Shown: positions 63,989 through 64,000 of the stretch, in pieces | Numbering within the stretch: position 1 is the first letter of the stretch | How the letters are laid out: each line of letters begins with the position of its first letter | NCBI GenBank assembly: GCA_017467105.1 | Contig: JAFTSU010000002.1 | Span: forward strand, 130,481-194,480 | DNA length: 64,000 bases | Direction of reading: 5' to 3' | Origin: Clostridia bacterium | GTDB taxonomy: Bacteria > Bacillota > Clostridia > Oscillospirales > CAG-272 | Translations under genes and position numbers: made by a program | Notes under the pieces: model-generated | The model's database searches: none | Told to the model about the DNA's origin: nothing | Seen by the model: the letters and a program-made list of their open reading frames with translations, nothing else

Positions 63989-64000
63989 GGTGAGGTTTGC

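Overview
This window is origin-proximal chromosomal DNA from a spore-forming Firmicute that looks Clostridia-like (spoIIE, a GerA/SpoVAF-family gene, hrcA with CIRCE, RNase Y and RNase J). By eye, coding DNA is near 50% GC and intergenic DNA is strongly AT-rich. I call about 42 protein genes, almost all housekeeping: gyrB (partial)-gyrA, RNase J, parB, parA, hrcA-grpE-dnaK-dnaJ, rny, ymdB, mnmG, a P-type ATPase, mscL, dus, galT, addA, nrdD, comM/yifB, a U32 peptidase, an HtrA-like protease, apbE, spoIIE, a two-component pair, truB and an ACT/UPF0210 pair. I recognised no rRNA, tRNA, CRISPR array, transposase or integrase. The stand-out region is 9.2-14.7 kb. There, parB and parA are split by a 651-bp spacer that carries a dense DnaA-box cluster. 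parA is then followed by a 4.1-kb ORF-free, very AT-rich gene desert with five tandem parS sites within 262 bp near its centre, plus further repeat families and an abrupt A/T strand-asymmetry flip. Other points worth a second look: an XRE-HTH protein with a 36-bp tandem Pro/Ala repeat and a MinD-like C-terminal amphipathic tail; a recurring 18-bp palindrome TGTAAATAATTATTTACA; six to seven 20-bp tandem repeats that copy the 3' end of dus and carry regularly spaced GGA motifs; an nrdD leader with tandem NrdR-like boxes and an intrinsic terminator; and a 12-kb block (parBA plus the dnaK operon) oriented against its neighbours. All product calls rest on motif recognition by eye, since no database search, folding or skew computation could be run.
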